Source: an uncultured Pseudomonadales bacterium
GTDB taxonomy: Bacteria; Patescibacteriota; Microgenomatia; UBA1400; UBA12108
NCBI GenBank assembly: GCA_964610445.1
Contig: CAZSVV010000003.1
Coordinates: forward strand, 14,137 to 71,417
Reading direction: 5' to 3'
Length of the DNA: 57,281 nt
The translations under genes and the position numbers were made by a program. A model generated the notes under the pieces. That model was not told the DNA's origin and made no database searches. It worked only from the letters and a program-made list of their open reading frames with translations. Positions 56,213 to 57,281 of the stretch are shown here, one piece after another; the first letter of the stretch is position 1; every line of letters starts with the position of its first letter.

Positions 56213-57281
56213 AACCGGTGGTGCCGAGCGTGTGCTCGTAGCATTTAGTGAACTATTTCCGGACGCTGATTGGTATACCAGTGTCTGGGACCCGAGTGGC
56301 GCTCCCTTTAGCAAGAGCTGGAAAGTGACATCGAGCTTTATCAGTAAAATCCCATTTTTAAGACGTCGCCACGAGATCTTGCCACTACTCATGCCATTTA
56401 TTTTTGAATCGTTTGACTTTACTCCATATGACCTCGTAATCAGCATCGGGAGTGCCGATTCTAAGGGGATTGTTACCAGACCCGAGACACTGCATATCAA
56501 CTATTGCCTTACTCCCACCCGCTACCTCTACTCTCATAGTGAGGAATACTTAACCAACAAACTCTACCAGTTACTCTCTAAGCCACTGCGTGCTTGGGAC
56601 CAGGTCGCATCTACCCGCCCAGATATAATGATAGCAATTAGTACTCAAGTGAAAAAAAGAATTAAACAGTATTACAATCGGGATAGTGAGATCATATTTC
56701 CACCAGTTGATACGAAGAGGTTTATGCACTTCGAGCGCGATCGCGCCCGAGAAATGCCTCCAGACGCGAAGCAGTCTGGGAGACCCGACTCTTATTTCCT
56801 CGTCGTCTCCCGCCTCGTCTCTTACAAGAAAATTGATACTCTAGTCAAAGCATTTAACAAACTTCCTAACAAGAATCTAGTCATCGCTGGGATCGGGAGT
56901 GAGATGACTAGGCTCAAGAAATTGGCTGGTAAAAACATCACCTTTTTGGGTAGTGTATCTGACTCTGACTTACCTAGTCTCTATCATCATGCCTCTGCGT
57001 ATCTACAGGCGAACGAAGAAGATTTTGGGATCAGCATGGTCGAAGCTCAGGCTGCAGGGTTACCAGTCATAGCCTACGGGTGCGGGGGGGCATCCGACAT
57101 TGTCAAAGATGACAAGACTGGTATACTTCTCAGAGTCAACTCTATTGAGAGTTTTGTTCAAGCGATTGACAATTTTGACTCTAAGCGTTTTGATAGGGAG
57201 GCCTGCCGAAAGAATGCAAAACGCTTTGATACCGCAGAATGGACTCAAAAAATAATGGAAAGGATAGATAGTTATGTCGAC
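56178..57281 (+). CDS. Glycosyltransferase family 4, 3'-truncated by the window edge (absent from the supplied ORF track)
   Basis: My own translation from the ATG at 56178 gives 368 stop-free codons reaching the last base of the window. It reads 'MRVALVYDRLNKTGGAERVL...YFLVVSRLVSYKKID...EEDFGISMVEAQAAGLPVIAYGCGGASDIV', which includes an E-x7-E motif. It overlaps the upstream gene by 35 nt. Confidence 0.75.
   Translation, partial: MRVALVYDRLNKTGGAERVLVAFSELFPDADWYTSVWDPSGAPFSKSWKVTSSFISKIPFLRRRHEILPLLMPFIFESFDFTPYDLVISIGSADSKGIVTRPETLHINYCLTPTRYLYSHSEEYLTNKLYQLLSKPLRAWDQVASTRPDIMIAISTQVKKRIKQYYNRDSEIIFPPVDTKRFMHFERDRAREMPPDAKQSGRPDSYFLVVSRLVSYKKIDTLVKAFNKLPNKNLVIAGIGSEMTRLKKLAGKNITFLGSVSDSDLPSLYHHASAYLQANEEDFGISMVEAQAAGLPVIAYGCGGASDIVKDDKTGILLRVNSIESFVQAIDNFDSKRFDREACRKNAKRFDTAEWTQKIMERIDSYVD

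Noticed and set aside
56195-56500. A 101-aa minus-strand ORF at the 3' end of the window.
   Set aside because: It is antisense to the well-supported GT4 ORF at 56178..57281 and has no recognisable motif.
1-57281. A search by eye for rRNA, tRNA, CRISPR repeats, transposase or integrase genes and long terminal or inverted repeats.
   Set aside because: The largest non-coding gaps are about 45-66 nt, too small for such elements. No repeat-spacer periodicity was visible, and no ORF carried recombinase or transposase motifs.

Overview
This 57.3-kb window is almost entirely plus-strand and very tightly packed, with twelve 4-nt ATGA start/stop overlaps and almost no intergenic DNA. It reads as one very large cell-envelope glycan or glycosylation locus. 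By motif recognition (no searches were run) it holds about 11 GT2 glycosyltransferases and about 10 GT4 (GT-B) glycosyltransferases. It also holds about 14-15 polytopic GT-C-like membrane proteins: PMT/ArnT-like, YfhO/COG5617-like, DUF2079-like and DUF2142-like. Other genes are two Wzx-like MOP flippases, one Wzy/WaaL-like (O-antigen ligase family) protein, and three sugar-nucleotide enzymes (GDP-L-fucose synthase, UDP-GlcNAc 2-epimerase, UDP-glucose 4-epimerase). There are also three SAM methyltransferases (one FkbM-type), one hexapeptide O-acetyltransferase, and one DPM1/GtrB-like polyprenyl-phosphate-sugar synthase followed by a small membrane protein. Two small accessory insertions interrupt the locus. 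The first (37.6-39.6 kb) carries an EEP-family protein, an unknown membrane-anchored protein and a HigB/HigA-like toxin-antitoxin pair. The second (47.2-48.2 kb) carries a 3'-truncated Bro-N-like gene abutting the only credible minus-strand gene, an AT-rich orphan. I saw no rRNA, tRNA, CRISPR array, transposase or integrase. A GT4 ORF that runs off the 3' edge (56178..57281) is missing from the supplied ORF track. The compact overlapping genes and the abundance of PMT-like GT-Cs suggest a small-genome uncultivated bacterium (CPR-like), but that is inference only. The main candidate for a novel system is the locus architecture itself: many GT-C enzymes apparently fed by very few lipid-sugar synthases.
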